Part shown: piece after piece, positions 1 to 23,863 of the stretch
Layout of the letters: every line of letters begins with the position of its first letter
Numbering within the stretch: the first letter of the stretch is position 1
Assembly: GCA_012295275.1 (NCBI GenBank)
Contig: CM022674.1
Location: 6,262,001-6,326,000, forward strand
Source of the DNA: Chrysomallon squamiferum
Lineage: Eukaryota > Animalia > Mollusca
Direction of reading: 5' to 3'
DNA: 64,000 nucleotides
Position numbers and translations under genes: made by a program
The notes under the pieces: generated by a model
The model's database searches: none
The model's input: the letters and a program-made list of their open reading frames with translations, nothing else
What the model was told of the DNA's origin: nothing

Positions 1-154
1 GAAAAATAGGTTCAGAGATAACCGAGTTTTACGTTAAAAAAGGACAAGATTATCAATCTGTGTCATAGTTCTTCATAACAGTTCAGAAAGCTGCCCCTTT
101 GTTTCTGACTTTTCGCTCTACACTTCACATCTCTCTCTCTCTCTCGTACACACA

Positions 155-237
<83 letters not shown>

Positions 238-354
238 GTATGTAAGTTCCTATAAATTCATCTGCCTATCTCTCTGTAAATATGTTTATTTCTCTATTAA
301 CTATTCCAAAAAAAAAAAGTCACTTTGATGTTACTGACAATCTGGTTATGAGCA

Positions 355-420
<66 letters not shown>

Positions 421-550
421 CTGTGAAGTAATCCATATCAAACACTGTATTTTTTTCTCTTTTTCTTTTACATTTGTCATCATTAATACATGATCAGTTG
501 TCACATGTATGAGCAAATATATATTTATGTATGTGGCTGTGCATTAATTA

Positions 551-605
<55 letters not shown>

Positions 606-1013
606 TTGATAAGAGCAACAACAAACCAAATTATGCAGGATGTTAACTGCGGTTCTGTTTACTTTGCACGTGCAGCGCGTCACTGTTGAGTTTGTGTCGG
701 CTGAAATTTGATGAAATCAACACCTGCCAAGCTGTCAGAAATGAACTTGAAACGTAAGAAAATTTTAATTGTATCGTTTATTGAAACAAAGCTAATAATA
801 GTTAAATATAAGATACAATACCATGTACTTTCATATTAAATATAAAGGCAATTTATAAATATGTAGCGATAATGGGGGAATAACTGCGAGCTATCTAACA
901 CAATTTCAAGAGACATAACTCGCGTTATAAAAATAAATTTAACACACGATTTATTTTAGACGGTATTTTTTTCTGTTTAAATTGACAGAAAGGATTGGCC
1001 ATCAGGAGAATCC

Positions 1014-1020
1014 TATAAAT
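1014..1020 (+). promoter_or_regulatory. Possible TATA box of the ZP gene
   Basis: TATAAAT about 190 nt upstream of the putative ATG at 1206; AT-rich context makes this weak. Confidence 0.3.
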
Positions 1021-1205
1021 ATGTGGTCAGTTTTAAACACGTAATTTTATTATATGTCTCAGATTTTGTCTTAATGAGTCCAGATTTTGACTAGGTCATC
1101 ATCTACTGAATTCACAGATTCTGATTGTGTGTTTAATAATATAAAAACTCGTAAAGGTTTATTTTGTTTTATTTTATTTTATTTTTGTTTTCAGGTTTTA
1201 TTTGT

Positions 1206-2711
1206 ATGTGGTTTGGTGTAATACAAATGGTGAGTTGTTCATTACATTCATCTTTATTATTAGAAATATTGTACCTTCAACATTATTATTAGAAATATTT
1301 TCTCATCAACATAATTATTATTGTCAGTTATTGTCATTATTATTACAATGTCAGTATCAATATTAGCATATTTCATTAAATCGCTATTTTTTTATTATTA
1401 TTATTATTAGTAGTAGTAGTATTAATAGTGTTAATAGTAGTAGTAGCAGTGTTAATAGTAATAACAGTAGCAGTAGTAGTAACAGTGATAGAAAGTTGTA
1501 GTAATAGTCGTAATAACAGTAGTATTAATAGGCGTAGTAGTAGTAGTAGTAGCAGCAGCAGCAGCAATCGGAGTTGTAGCAGTAGGATTTATAAATATAT
1601 AAAATGAGAAGTGTTAAAGATGTAAATCATTTGTAAATTGTAGGGGTCTGTTGAGCTATTATTACAACTAATAATGTTTAATTATGTTTAACGATGATCA
1701 CCAAGAAAAAAAGAAAAAAGTAAGGTTTTATTTAAAATATCTCTACTATAATTCGCCATGCTAGATATGTTATGTCTATTTTTCAGTTGCTGCCAAAACC
1801 GACGATGGGAGTTTTGTCGAATGATAAGTATATTGTAACAGGTCGGTCACGTTTGTTTTTCTTTTTTTCTTTCTTTCCTGCGTTTGTTTTTAATATTTAT
1901 TTATTTATTTGATTGTTTGTTTGTTGTTTTGTTTTTTGTTTGTTTATTAGACAGGTAATTAGCTAGTTAGTTAGAAAATTAGTTTGAAAATTAGTTTACA
2001 ATGAAAATATGGAATAACTGTATGTACCAATAATTTCGTCAAATCGTTTTAAGAAAGAACGATAACAATAAATAAAGGAACATTCAAACAAACAAACAAA
2101 CAAACAATTTATTGAATACATAAATAAAAGGCTAAATAAGTAAATAAATAATTAAAAAAAAAAAAAGTTCGGTATATCTTAACATTAACTGTTATTAATT
2201 CTAAATCACAACATTTCAATATACCGTTACTAAATGAGAGAAGAAACCAGGAAACTACCACACCACGAGTATTTTAATTACTAAACAGAGCATCTGTTAC
2301 ACCAGCGCCCGTAACAAAATGGACGTCGTATTGTATTTCTTTTTCTTTTTTTTTTTTTTTTTTTTGGAACCATACATGACGTAACGAGCTTCCGTTCAAG
2401 AAGAGATCCTGAGATCCGTCACGTTTCGGCTCCAGGCTTGGTATCCAAGCAACAGTCCAGTCCCTTGCCTTGCTAGTGTCAGTGAACCTCGTTTAATTAT
2501 TATTTTATTTGAAAACAGATTTTTGATGTCTTCCGTCCTCGCTGTCATTCGTTCCAGACGTTATGACGTATTAGAGATGACTCCGCTGTCAAACTGAAAT
2601 ATCGACCTGTTTTCGTTTCATGTGAATCTGGCGACGTTCTGTCAACTTCTGTTTATACAAAGCTTCCTTGAAATTTTCTTATTTATTATCGGTCTCTCCA
2701 AACCGGAGATT

Positions 2712-2747
<36 letters not shown>

Positions 2748-2833
2748 AACGTTTATGTATATTAAAAAAAAGTCGAGTGAAGTGAAGTGAAAATAAACAA
2801 ATTCAGCTTGAATAAAATAAAATAAAAAGCTTA

Positions 2834-2918
<85 letters not shown>

Positions 2919-3079
2919 TTAAAAATTAATTAATAAAGTTTTATAAATAAAAAGAAAGAAATGAAAATAGTCTGACTGAAAAAAATAACAAAAAAACAGA
3001 ATAACAAAACTGAAAATTAATATTACACTGTCACAGTAAAATAAAGAAAAAAATGAAGATGATAGTCCTCGTCATTCTT

Positions 3080-3154
<75 letters not shown>

Positions 3155-3645
3155 TCACAAGATCAGTGTGGATTAACGCACTGAATTACTGTAATCCACA
3201 CTGACGCTAGTGAGATTTCACGAAAAACTAAATTTTCATAAATTCTTCAAACTAAAAACGTCACAATTCAAAGCAACAGCTTCGTCTGTGTTAAATATCA
3301 CTGTAGTCAACCTGACTTTAATCACATTAATCATATAACCTATTTTCAGATATGTTAAAACACTGTGTCTCTGTGTCTTGCAGTCAGAATGACCTGTGGT
3401 CACTCGTACAAAGATTTGGCCACTCTCACTGCACGGACGGACATGACGGACGGTCGTCCGTACGCTGTATGCAAGGGACGTAACCGCTACTACTATAAAG
3501 CGAAGGACCGAGCTACGTACTTTCTTCATGTCGGAACAGAAGGAGATGAGAGCAAACAATGTGTGTTTATGGTTGGTCTGCATTTTATTCATTTATTTAT
3601 TGATTTATTTGATTGATTTATTTCATTAGTGTTATTGCTGTTATT

Positions 3646-3726
<81 letters not shown>

Positions 3727-4647
3727 AGCATTAGCATTAGCATTCTGTTAAGAGGTCATGATGCATTACAGAAATACACAAATTTTGCAAATGTTTCGTT
3801 TCCATGATAGTGACATCTTTTCATAGATCCTGAACTGATTAGTTCTAAATAGCAGAAAGTGAAACCACAATTTTTATCCTTTATCAGAGTATTTAATTAA
3901 AGCAAATAAAATCAATTATTTTTTTCGAAAAAAACAACAACAAATAATAAGTAAATAAATAAAAAATTAAAGAAATAAAATAAAGAAAGAAATAAAGAAA
4001 GAAAAGAAAGAAAACTTACTGTCAGTATTTACACACAGTTTATACAAGCAGTTTATAAACACACATACAAACAACGAAACAAATAAAACAAAACAAAATT
4101 AGTACACACACGTAGACACACATACAATATCATTAAGTAAAAACATATATACAGTAAAAAATAAAAATAAATAAATAAATAAATAAATAAAAGAACATTC
4201 CATTATGACTTGTATGGTTTGTTCCGACGAACATACAAGGAAAGGGACAGAGTTATCTTTCCTCACAACGAAACGGAAACAGATTTCGTTTTACGAAACA
4301 CTGTGACACCGTATTTCAGAAAAACAACGCCACGTGGACGTTCCACGTCATCACCTACGTTCCTATTTCCGGAAAGCTGTTAGTAAAGGAAGAAGCACCT
4401 TACGTCACGACGTGCGACTACGCAGACTACAGCAAGGGGGACAGCTCGGTTTCAGAGTATGTAGAAAGGTGCGTAACAACGTTGATTTGATGGGAGGTTA
4501 GTGAATTCGAGGAAAAAGTTGATTTTTTTTAAACAGTTTGTTTCGTTACAGTAACATTATGAGAACAGTTTGAATAATTTAATGTCTTGTTTAGCCATTA
4601 TGTTATCACTCTGCTTAATTTTATTATTATTTTATTTTTATTACTAT

Positions 4648-4688
<41 letters not shown>

Positions 4689-5322
4689 TTTAATTTTATT
4701 TACAAACTGTTTCCTGTTGCTATAAAACACCGTAGCAAACGCTGTACTGTCAGTCTTAAGTCGAATATAGTTAAAGACACTGGTAATAAACAACAGTATT
4801 TACAACAAACCCAGTTTATTCTCAAATGCACACATCTACACGTACACGCATACGCACACACACGTACACCTATCTACTTACCATTTCTCAGCCAAGAGCC
4901 CGTGGGTGAGATGTTAGGCGAGGTGGGGGCACCGAGTACGTCATCATCAATGAATCTGTACCTCACTGACGTCATGAACAGACGTATCCTCGACAACGTC
5001 AAGCTGGGAACAACAATCAGGATCGTTGCTACGCTCGTTGGTATGTCCATGACGTCATTTGTTGTGACGTCATAGATTGAATTTTTTTTATCATTGTTAC
5101 GATACAATGGTTGTTGTTGTTGCTGTTAAAGTGGAACGTTGTTTGTGTATCAAAGTTTATGATATGTATGAATTTATGTTTATTTGTATATCTGTATAGA
5201 GTTATATATATATATATATATATATGATGTTCGTCAACATCTCGTGTTTGTTAGATTTTTTTTTCTTGTTCTTGTCCTTTTGTTTCATCATCATCACCAC
5301 TACTATGATCATGTTCATTGCA

Positions 5323-5361
<39 letters not shown>

Positions 5362-5466
5362 GTTATTAACAAGGTGATAATCCTATGGAAGTGAGTTTTC
5401 AGACAGTCTCATGTACAGCTGTGGGTTTCCTCTCGTCCTATCCAATTATAATAAACGGGTACGTAT

Positions 5467-5513
<47 letters not shown>

Positions 5514-6368
5514 TAATAAATAAATAAATAACTGACTAATACTTCATAAGCATATTTTTGTTTGCGGCAATGAAGGCCAGTAATAATAATTATTTGAAGA
5601 AACAAAAAAAATATATATGTTTTATAAAATCTTTCTTTACTATTCTGATATCCGCAGCTGTGGCGACGGCATCATCATCGCCAAAGACGACGGCTTCGTC
5701 ACGTCTGCTCGACAGACGACAAGTCCTTTCTTCCAGTCATTCAGACTACCCGGGTCTAAGAAGGTGCTCTTCCAGTGTGTCTTTGTGTTGTGTTCTACAA
5801 ACTGCGACGGGGTGAGTTTTTGTTTCGGACGAAATTAGTGGCTGACATTTCCAATCCCGTACATGAGAAAATCTATCACGTGTTAATTACCTCTTTTTTT
5901 TGAAATAATAGCAGTGAATTTAAATAAGTATACGACTAATTATAAACTAACTAAATGAGAATAAATAATAATAATAAGCTGTTTACGTCAGTATTTAGGT
6001 CAGTCAGTACAGATATGTCCGATGATTTCCGAAGATTTCCGAGTCTCTGATTTTTATGATAGAGATCTTCGATTTGTCCTTGTAGCGTGTATATATATAT
6101 ATATGTACGACTAAATGATAGCTTTTATTGTACAAGCGAACTCGAAAATGACCAATATAAAGAAAATGTAAAGCCAAAATTGTTGTTAAATGAGTATATT
6201 ATTCGAAATCGTTGCAAAATGTCCGCCTGAATTGTTCTTCCCCAGAGAAAACTTGGACTAAAACAAAAAGTGGTTGCAGGACTGATTTTGACAAACATCC
6301 GAAGTTCAGCGAGTGCATGCCTCTAATGTTACTATTATTTTTGCTATTATCGTTGTTATTGTTGTTGC

Positions 6369-6406
<38 letters not shown>

Positions 6407-6512
6407 TTTTAGCCGACTTGTCAACTAAAGAGAAGAAGAAAACGATCAGCTATAAACAAGCAAATAGGTAAGCTTTATTTTACTGCTGTTGTTGCTTCTT
6501 CTTCTTCTTCTT

Positions 6513-6546
<34 letters not shown>

Positions 6547-6826
6547 AACTACTACTACTCTGCTGCTACTACCAACACCAACACTACTACTACTGCTGTT
6601 CCTGCTACTACTGCTACTTCCAGTACAACAAATACAGAAAGAATAATAGCAATAACAAGAATCGTAATAACAACAGTAACAACAGCAATATAATAATAAT
6701 GAAATGATGATGGCTATGACGACGACGACAACAACAACAACCATAATAATAATAATGTACTGTTTTGAACTTTCAGTACACACAACAGAAGTAACTGTAG
6801 AAGACATTAACCTTATCCAAGACTGA
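1206..6826 (+). CDS. Secreted ZP-module protein, vitelline-envelope ZP (VEZP/VERL C-terminal module)-like, ~302 aa, 9 coding exons
   Basis: Exons 1206-1229, 1787-1841, 3384-3571, 4320-4468, 4892-5040, 5374-5458, 5658-5811, 6413-6467, 6777-6826 are joined by GT-AG introns in compatible phases (909 nt, one ORF). Protein: MWFGVIQMLLPKPTMG (signal-like); ZP-N with 4 Cys (RMTCGH, AVCKG, KQCVF, TTCDY); ZP-C (LYLTDVMNR, VSCTAVG, IINGCGDGIIIAKDDGF, SPFFQSF, FQCVFVLCSTNCDGPTC); furin site RRRKR|S; hydrophobic patch VHTTEVTV; stop. The start codon is the least certain part. Confidence 0.85.
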
Positions 6827-7545
6827 ATTAGACAGCAATTATTTCGCCGGAACAAGCCTCATGCATTACGTCCATTTCCGAGGTTATCACCAATCAGATC
6901 TGACAAGACAAATTCGATCTTGATACCAGCCAATCAAAACGCATTAAATCCATATTCGTCGACAGCTTTCACAGACGAGGTCGAAGCAGGCAAACCTATT
7001 TCTGCCAGTGTCGCATGTCTAATTCAGGTCTGGGTCATATTAAAGAAAAAAAAAAAAAAAAAAAAAACAGTTTTATATTACTGAAAATATCGTAAATGAA
7101 AAGGCGGTGAAAAAATAACAACAACAACATCAAAAAAAAAAATAAATAAAAAAAATAAAAAGCGACAGTCTGTCAGTTCTGTCGTTCATCTAAACATGGT
7201 AATCTAATTTATTATGTAACGTCACACGAACAAAAATGGCGGCGGATATTGCGGTTAGGTTAGTAGGGCGGTCAGATTTCCACGTGACAAATCGATGCAG
7301 AGGTGATGTTAAAGAAACAACATGAACGTAATGTGTATGATGCTTGGAAACATAAAATGTTAAATAATAAACAGTTTATCTACGTGTATGTATTTTCGTT
7401 ACATTCAGGCATAGGTAAAGTTTGACAAAATTGTTCAATTAGTACTTGTATTTAAAGAATGTTAAATTTGTTAATATTTTTTTATTTTTAAAATAATAAC
7501 TATTTTTGAAATGAAAATAAATAATAGTAATAATCTTATTTTTTA

Positions 7546-7578
<33 letters not shown>

Positions 7579-8311
7579 TATCATCATAATCATAAGCGTA
7601 TTGACCTAGTTAACAGAAAGCTGTGGTCTGCTATTGTAAAATATTCGTGACGTCAGTGGTTTTTCCGAGAAAATTAACAACACTATTAGTGGAATTTTCT
7701 AGAAGACGACGTATTTACGAGATAAAATACATTCTTTATGGAAACTCATCCTTTCTATTTTTCCACATAACTGCCAATATTTTAGTCTTCATTACTGCCT
7801 TCAAAAGGTTCATAGCTAAAAGTAACGCAAATAAGATCAATTTAGGTGATAAACGAGAAAGTGCAAGATATGGTCTCACAACAGATTTTAAAAGTGCGCA
7901 ATATTGTTTATCATAAAATACTAGTGTATATGGACATCTAATGGAATTTAGCGTGTGTTCGTGTGTGTGTGTGTGTTTAAGCGAATCGTGTCTATATTGA
8001 AATATTCTAAGTGTAGATGATAACGGTATATTTGTTTATAAATGTATTATTGTTACTAATGTTTTGCTTGGAAATGTCATGATTGAAAAATGTAGTATTT
8101 GTTACGTATGTTTTATTATTCGTTTGATTCAAACGTTTCTCGATTATGAATGTTTTGTTATTAAAATAGTTACGTTTATTATGAAAATGTTCTTAAAAAC
8201 TGGTTAATTTGTTACAGATGTTTTGTTTGAAGACTGTTACGCTCATTAAATGCCATATTTGAAGAATGTTATATTTGTTACAAATGTTTTGTTTGGAAAT
8301 GGTTACTTTTG

Positions 8312-8352
<41 letters not shown>

Positions 8353-9170
8353 AACGTTGTTTGTTGATTTATCAATAATTCTGGTTTCAATCTTACTGTC
8401 TATGGGAAGGACCGCTAAACAGATTCTTCTGCTGACCAGGAAAGTAACCCAATAAAATCTAATACATCTACGCCCCTAGCGAGTTTTTTCAGTACACCTG
8501 AGTATTTAACACTAGCGAGACTCTATGCTGTCTCCTATACCCAGGAGAAGTCATTAAGTGAGCTAACTCTAACAGTCTATTCGAGATGCCTTCGGGGGCT
8601 TACTGAATGACACGCCTAATTTCACGATGAAAATAAAGTTTATTAGTGATTATAAAAAGGCCTCACTTATGGAGATCTAACGCTCCAGTAGTTCGCACGA
8701 TATAAAAGCGGCTTGTTTGCGTTAACCCAAGAACTGTTTTTTTAACAATAAAAGCAGCGGTGACAGTCGCTAATGCGCATCACGTATAAACCACAGCCTC
8801 CTGATAGACAGGCGCAGTGGAAGAGACAAATGACAATAGTTTATCTTGACTGGTTCAGTCAACGTCACGTTATGATCAGATTTAACAGACTTTTTTTTTT
8901 TTTTTTTTTTCGTTTTCTTTCTATATTCCTCTTATTCATTTTTTATTTTTTTATTTTTATTTTTTGGATTGGAAGACATAAGAAAGTTGTATAGTTATTT
9001 GAAAAATCAGAAGGATGATGATCAAGATGATAACAACAAGAACAACAACAATAATAATAATAAGGATGATAATAATGAGGATGATTATGATGATGAACAA
9101 CAAATAACAACAGCAACAACAAAAAAAAATAATATAATAATAATAATAATACTAAATAACAATATTTTCA

Positions 9171-9217
<47 letters not shown>

Positions 9218-9861
9218 CTACTACTCTTTCCTTGAACCTACTACTACATTTCCTTTGCCTTTTTTTTATTATTAATAACTTTCTTTCATCATTACCTTAT
9301 TTTATTTGTTCTCCCTGTCATCCCAACTCTTTGAAGAAATGCATAATTATTAGAAAAAAAAAAGTTATTTCATATAACGATGTTCAAAAGAAATTTTAAT
9401 TAGAAAATTATTCTGAACAAAGTTCATAAATACGACTGCTGATTAAATTCCTGAATCTCAGATATGAATCATTAAATATTGATTTTTTTGTTCCCCCCCA
9501 CACCTAAATGTTATTGACTTTTTTAGCACAAATTCTATTCTGTGAACAAGGTCAGAAACACTACAAACTGAAATAAAATAAAATAAAATAAAAATATTTT
9601 TATACCTCTTTGTTATCGATCATTTTATCCTTACAAAAACCAACATGCGCGATATCTGAGATATATTTTTACTAAATAATAGTAATAATATCAGGAAAAT
9701 TTTATAAAATCAGTCCCCATAATGTCAGAAACATAACATTTGATACACCAGTCCAGAGGCTGCAATAAGATGGATTCCTAAATTAAGAGAATATTTTATT
9801 TTCAGCTGTTTCCTTACATCTTGTACGCAGAGCACAAAGATTGATTTCTGAGAGCGAGGAA

Positions 9862-9896
<35 letters not shown>

Positions 9897-10157
9897 TCAC
9901 GCATATGAGGTTTCCTTTCACAGCGAACAAATATTGAAAAGAATTACTTGGTCTTCACCGCGGATCTCTCTAAATTAAGGTCGGATTTACACAAAAACAA
10001 CAATGACGATGGATCGGCGGAAGTGGTATTTTTTCAGACGTTACCATCAGAGAAAGTGTAATGATCAAACCTCCTTTCCAGGAATGTCGTAACCAAAAAG
10101 TTTATTTTGAATTAAACCTTTTCATTTTTCTTTTCTACCTTTCTTTTCTTTTCTTTT

Positions 10158-10203
<46 letters not shown>

Positions 10204-10519
10204 TTCTAACTGCAGTGAAGAAACAGAACGTTAAATGCAAAGAAATTTCTAGGGCATTAAAAACACATCACATTTATTCTTGCCTTAACATTGGTCTGAA
10301 ATCAGTACATTCTTGAAGTTATTAGAAAACAATAAAAAGAAGACAAAGAAAAGAAAAGTAATTTTAGATTGGAAAAAAAAAAAAAAAAAAATGATTAGGA
10401 GTAACAAGAAGCAAAAGTAAAAGGAAAGAAAAATATAATATTGAGATTGAATGAGAATGAACTTTTTTTCCCAAAAAGCCCCAAAATTTAAAATAAGATT
10501 TAATTATTACTAATTATGA

Positions 10520-10588
<69 letters not shown>

Positions 10589-11816
10589 ATTTATTATTTA
10601 ATTTATTACTTATTTGCTTTTCATTTTGATAAATAACACACCTGTGCTACATTACAACGAATATAAGAAAATTAATCATAAATTCTCGTTTACATCCGCA
10701 GTTGTTTCACCTGCCTGAACATCACGTGGAAATTGTGTGACCTACATTAACACTTTCATAAACTGTTTTCAAGGACAAATTCAATTAGGTGTGCCAGCCA
10801 ATGATTAACGCCGATAAAAGCTAGCATTTCGAAGAGTCGTCACGATTGGTTAATTTGAGCGGAAGCTGTCTCAAGCTACTCTCATTTGGACAAAAACAAT
10901 AACAGTGTAAATTGCTCTCAGATGTAGAAAAATAACCGGCCTGACTTCATTTTTAAAATAAAGTGAATGAAAACAAATTCAAGGTTATCTATCAAGCTGC
11001 TTAAAAACAGATATTAAGAATAGTAAGGGCTGAGATCGGATATATAAAAGTCCAAATGTTTTCTTTTTCTCTTATTTAAAATTTTTATTTATTTATTTAT
11101 TTATTTGTTTGTTTGTTTATTTTATTCCTGATGGTTTTTTCTTCTTTTCCTTTTTTTATTTATTTATTTATTTTTTTGTTTACGTCAGATAAATAATGAA
11201 AAAAGGTCAAGAAACAACAACAACAGCAAAAATAAAAAAAAACAATTATTACTACAGCCACTGTTACTACTGCACACACAGCTACTAACTGGTAATTCTA
11301 GACCACAACAACGATAATAATACAGAAGAAAACAAATAAAACAGTTTGAAGATCTCGATCACTCTGTTTTATCCTGACTGGTAGAGTTAATATCAGTAAT
11401 CTCTCTGTGACCTGATGGTACGAAATTGCAACTATTTTTATTGTTTATTTATTTAATTTTAAATAGTGTTATAGGTATATTAATATATATTCTACGGAAC
11501 AACCAAATAATGGCTTATATGTATTATTTTTTTTGCCTGTTGAATTTCGGTCGGTATCAAATTAAACAGTAAAATATAGCGATTTTCCTAATTTAGATAT
11601 CACCCTTGGTGGCTTCATCTATGTATCTATGTATCTGTGTTATCTATAAATAACACACGAACAGATTAATGTGTACACTCCTCTTAATTTGTTTTCGTCT
11701 GTACCAACATCTAACAATAAATTAACTGGAAAGTAATATTAATAACGTTATTATAGGTCAATGTACTTTCATTTATCAGTTTTCTATCAAAACAAATTAT
11801 TTGTTCCTTTTGTCTT

Positions 11817-11855
<39 letters not shown>

Positions 11856-12147
11856 GTTGTTGTTGTTGTTGTCCTAGTAGTAGTAGTAACTGAAAATAGG
11901 TAATGTGCTGTATCAGTATAGAATCTAGGACATCGCTTTCGGCTATTATAACTGACAATCCTTTTGAATTCAATGAACTAGTCACCTGAGTTCAGTTTCC
12001 GTCAATGCACCTGTCGAATGCTGAACACCTGTTACAAAGTGATTTCTTATTAAACAAACAGAAACTATTAAAACCAAAAAAAAAGTCTTCTTCTCGTCAT
12101 TCTAGTCCTAAGTTCGTTTGGTGGACCACAATAAGCAACTTCAGGCA

Positions 12148-21154
<9,007 letters not shown>

Positions 21155-21770
21155 AATCTAATTAAATAAATATAATTACTCTTGTAGTCTTTCGTTACCT
21201 CGTTATACATACACATTATACATATACATACACATACATATACACATACATATACATATCCTCATACATAAACATATATATAATCAAAAAAATTAAAAAA
21301 TTAAAAAAAGAATAAAAATAGCATTTCTCCAGAAGAAGTTTATTTTCATAAATGATTATTAATTTTCATTTGCAATGGTCAAATGACATCTGAGAATGTG
21401 TCTGTATTTCAGTGAGAGAGACAGAGACAGACAGAGACAGATACACAGAGGGAAAGAAAGACAATCACAAGACAGTTAAGTCTGTGGTATTTATCTTGTA
21501 AAATCGGTCAGCTCCGTTAAATGCTAAAACAAAAAACGAAAAATACCGAATCGAATCGAAACGGGCTGAATCGTGCAGAAACTGGCCAAAAAGAACAATT
21601 ATTGCACTTGTTACATTAATTTATTTCAAATGTGCACCCAGTTTAAAATGGCCTGATTTCCTTGCCTTATTATTAGATTTATTACCATTCTCCCCCCCCA
21701 GCCCCCAAACTTAGAGTGATAGCGAGGCTTAGAGTGAGGCAAGGGATCGAGTCTAGAGTTCAAAGTTCAC

Positions 21771-22023
21771 TGACCTTAACATCTGACCTTAACGTCTGAC
21801 CTTAACATCTGACCTTAACGTCTGACCTTAACGTCTGACCTTAACGTCTGATCTTAACGTCTGACCTTAACATCTGACCTTAACGTCTGACCTTAACGTC
21901 TGACCTTAACGTCTGACCTTAACATCTGACCTTAACGTCTGACCTCAACGTCTGACCTTAACGTCTGACCTCAACGTCTGACCTTAACGTCTGACCTTAA
22001 CGTCTGACCTTAACATCTGACCT
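21771..22023. repeat. 13-bp minisatellite TGACCTTAAC(A/G)TC, ~19 copies
   Basis: Directly visible, highly homogeneous array ~600 nt downstream of the copy A stop codon. Confidence 0.95.
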
Positions 22024-22595
22024 GTCTCTTTACTACTGTAAATATGAAGTTATGGCAAACTAATCTCGGGGTTCATCAATGAAGATGGCGTAAACTGAAC
22101 TTTTGAAACTGAATTTAGAATAATATTACAGAAATGTTAAATTCTATTAATATTATTTAAACTTTACAATGACAGAACAATTTTAAATTCAAAATTCAGA
22201 GCACAAATATATAAGACAGATTTAAGATGACGGAATAGTATTGTCCTCTAGTTTTATTTAGTTGTTCTTTCCGGGGTTTTGGGGGGGGGGGTTTCTGTTG
22301 TTTTTGTGTTTTTTTTTTTCTTCTTCTCTTGATTCTTTATGAAGCTCTGTGATTCCTTAACTTACATTTATCAGCATCACCGTTAATTAGCTGTACAATC
22401 AATAAAAACAAGCGTTTTGGTTAATACTCATAACGTCAGCCTCTTTTTCAAACTGCTGGTGTCAGGATTAGAAGCAGGAAGTTTTGCATTGTGTCACGCT
22501 CTGTTATTGTCATCATCATCATCACTATCATTCTTCTTCTTCTTCTCCTTCTCCTTCTTCTTCTTCATCTTCTTCTTCTTCTTCTTCTTCTTCTT

Positions 22596-22627
<32 letters not shown>

Positions 22628-23539
22628 CAGTATTATTTATTAGTTACTATTACAGCAATACAGAACAAGACACTACAGAAAATAAACTTTAAGCACTTTT
22701 GACAAAATTCTCGTCTGGACGTGTATGATTTAATTAGCAAATTGATAATCTTGTAATATCTATAAATAGTGTTAACCACCACCTGTCAGATCACTGTATT
22801 AAAAAAATAATAATAATAATTGTTGACCTATTCCCCAATACGTAAAATGTTAAGGTCTTCAAGAGATACTTTTTGTTTTCAGTATTATCTGAAGATATCG
22901 TTAGAGATTTGTTTTTCATCTCTTAACACAAAGTTTCGTGTTTCACCGCATCATTGTTACTCACTGAACAAGGAAAGCATTTGGAACTGAACGACCACAC
23001 AGAAAAATGTTGTGTAAACTGGATGACACTGAAGATGAATTTCACTTTTTAGTAATATGTGCATTGTATTTGCATTTTCTTGTACTGTGCTTAAAATACT
23101 ACTACTAATAATAATACTAATAATACTAATAATAATTAAATAAATAAATAAACAACAACAACAACAACAAACAACAAACAACAAACAAGAAGAAGAACAA
23201 AAACAAAAAGAAGAAGAAGAAGAACAACAACAACAACAATAATAATAATAATACCGGTTAAGACCATCTGTTTTTAAATTAATACAGTTACTGTCTGTTC
23301 AGAAAAGACAACAACTTTTTAACCTTAGAAATTATTTAAAAACGCGACATTTATAACTGTCTGTCGTCCAAATACACATCACGTGTTCAGCTTTATGCTG
23401 ACGATTATTTGAATATGACGTGTAATGTTCTGTGTACTTGTTTGCTTATGAGCAACACAGCTTAAAGAAAGTAAACTATTATTACGTTTAAATTACTACA
23501 TAATTAATATACGAAGTGATTGCTACCAACAATACATGA

Positions 23540-23863
23540 CTGATAAGCTGTATATACTTGCCGCCAATAGAAAAGTAACTGCAAGGCAATGCTGATGACG
23601 TCAATTCCAAATTAATAAATTTCGGTTTTTAATTTGTTTGTTTTTTTACCATCGCATGAAATCTAGAGCATCCCTTTCGGCTGCCATAATTGATAAACCT
23701 TATGAGTTTATTGAACTGATTTCATCATCACTTGTTTTTGTGTTTTTTTTCATTAAATATTTTATCTCGAATTTTCATCGTCTGTTCCTTTGCGATATTA
23801 TATGAAACAACTGATAATAATAATAATTGAAAAAAAACAAAAACAACCTGTTGGACTATAAAA
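23540..23863 (+). promoter_or_regulatory. Proximal promoter of GH9 copy B (TATA, CRE, CCAAT, GATA-type motifs)
   Basis: TATAAAA 23857-23863 about 70 nt before the ATG; TGACGTCA 23596-23603; CCAAT 23564-23568; several TGATAA. A TATA-like element lies at similar distance from the ATG in all four copies. Confidence 0.6.

Noticed and set aside
2289-2335. Possible extra ZP-gene exon (ASVTPAPVTKWTS)
   Set aside because: Weak splice sites, and exons 1787-1841 and 3384-3571 already join in phase into a normal ZP-N start.
7236-7253. ATGGCGGCGGATATTGCG|GTTAGG as the first exon of another gene
   Set aside because: No downstream exons found; equally explained as a YY1-like motif within a repeat fragment.
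21771-22023. CRISPR-like regular array
   Set aside because: 13-bp units with no unique spacers, no cas genes, eukaryotic intron-rich context.
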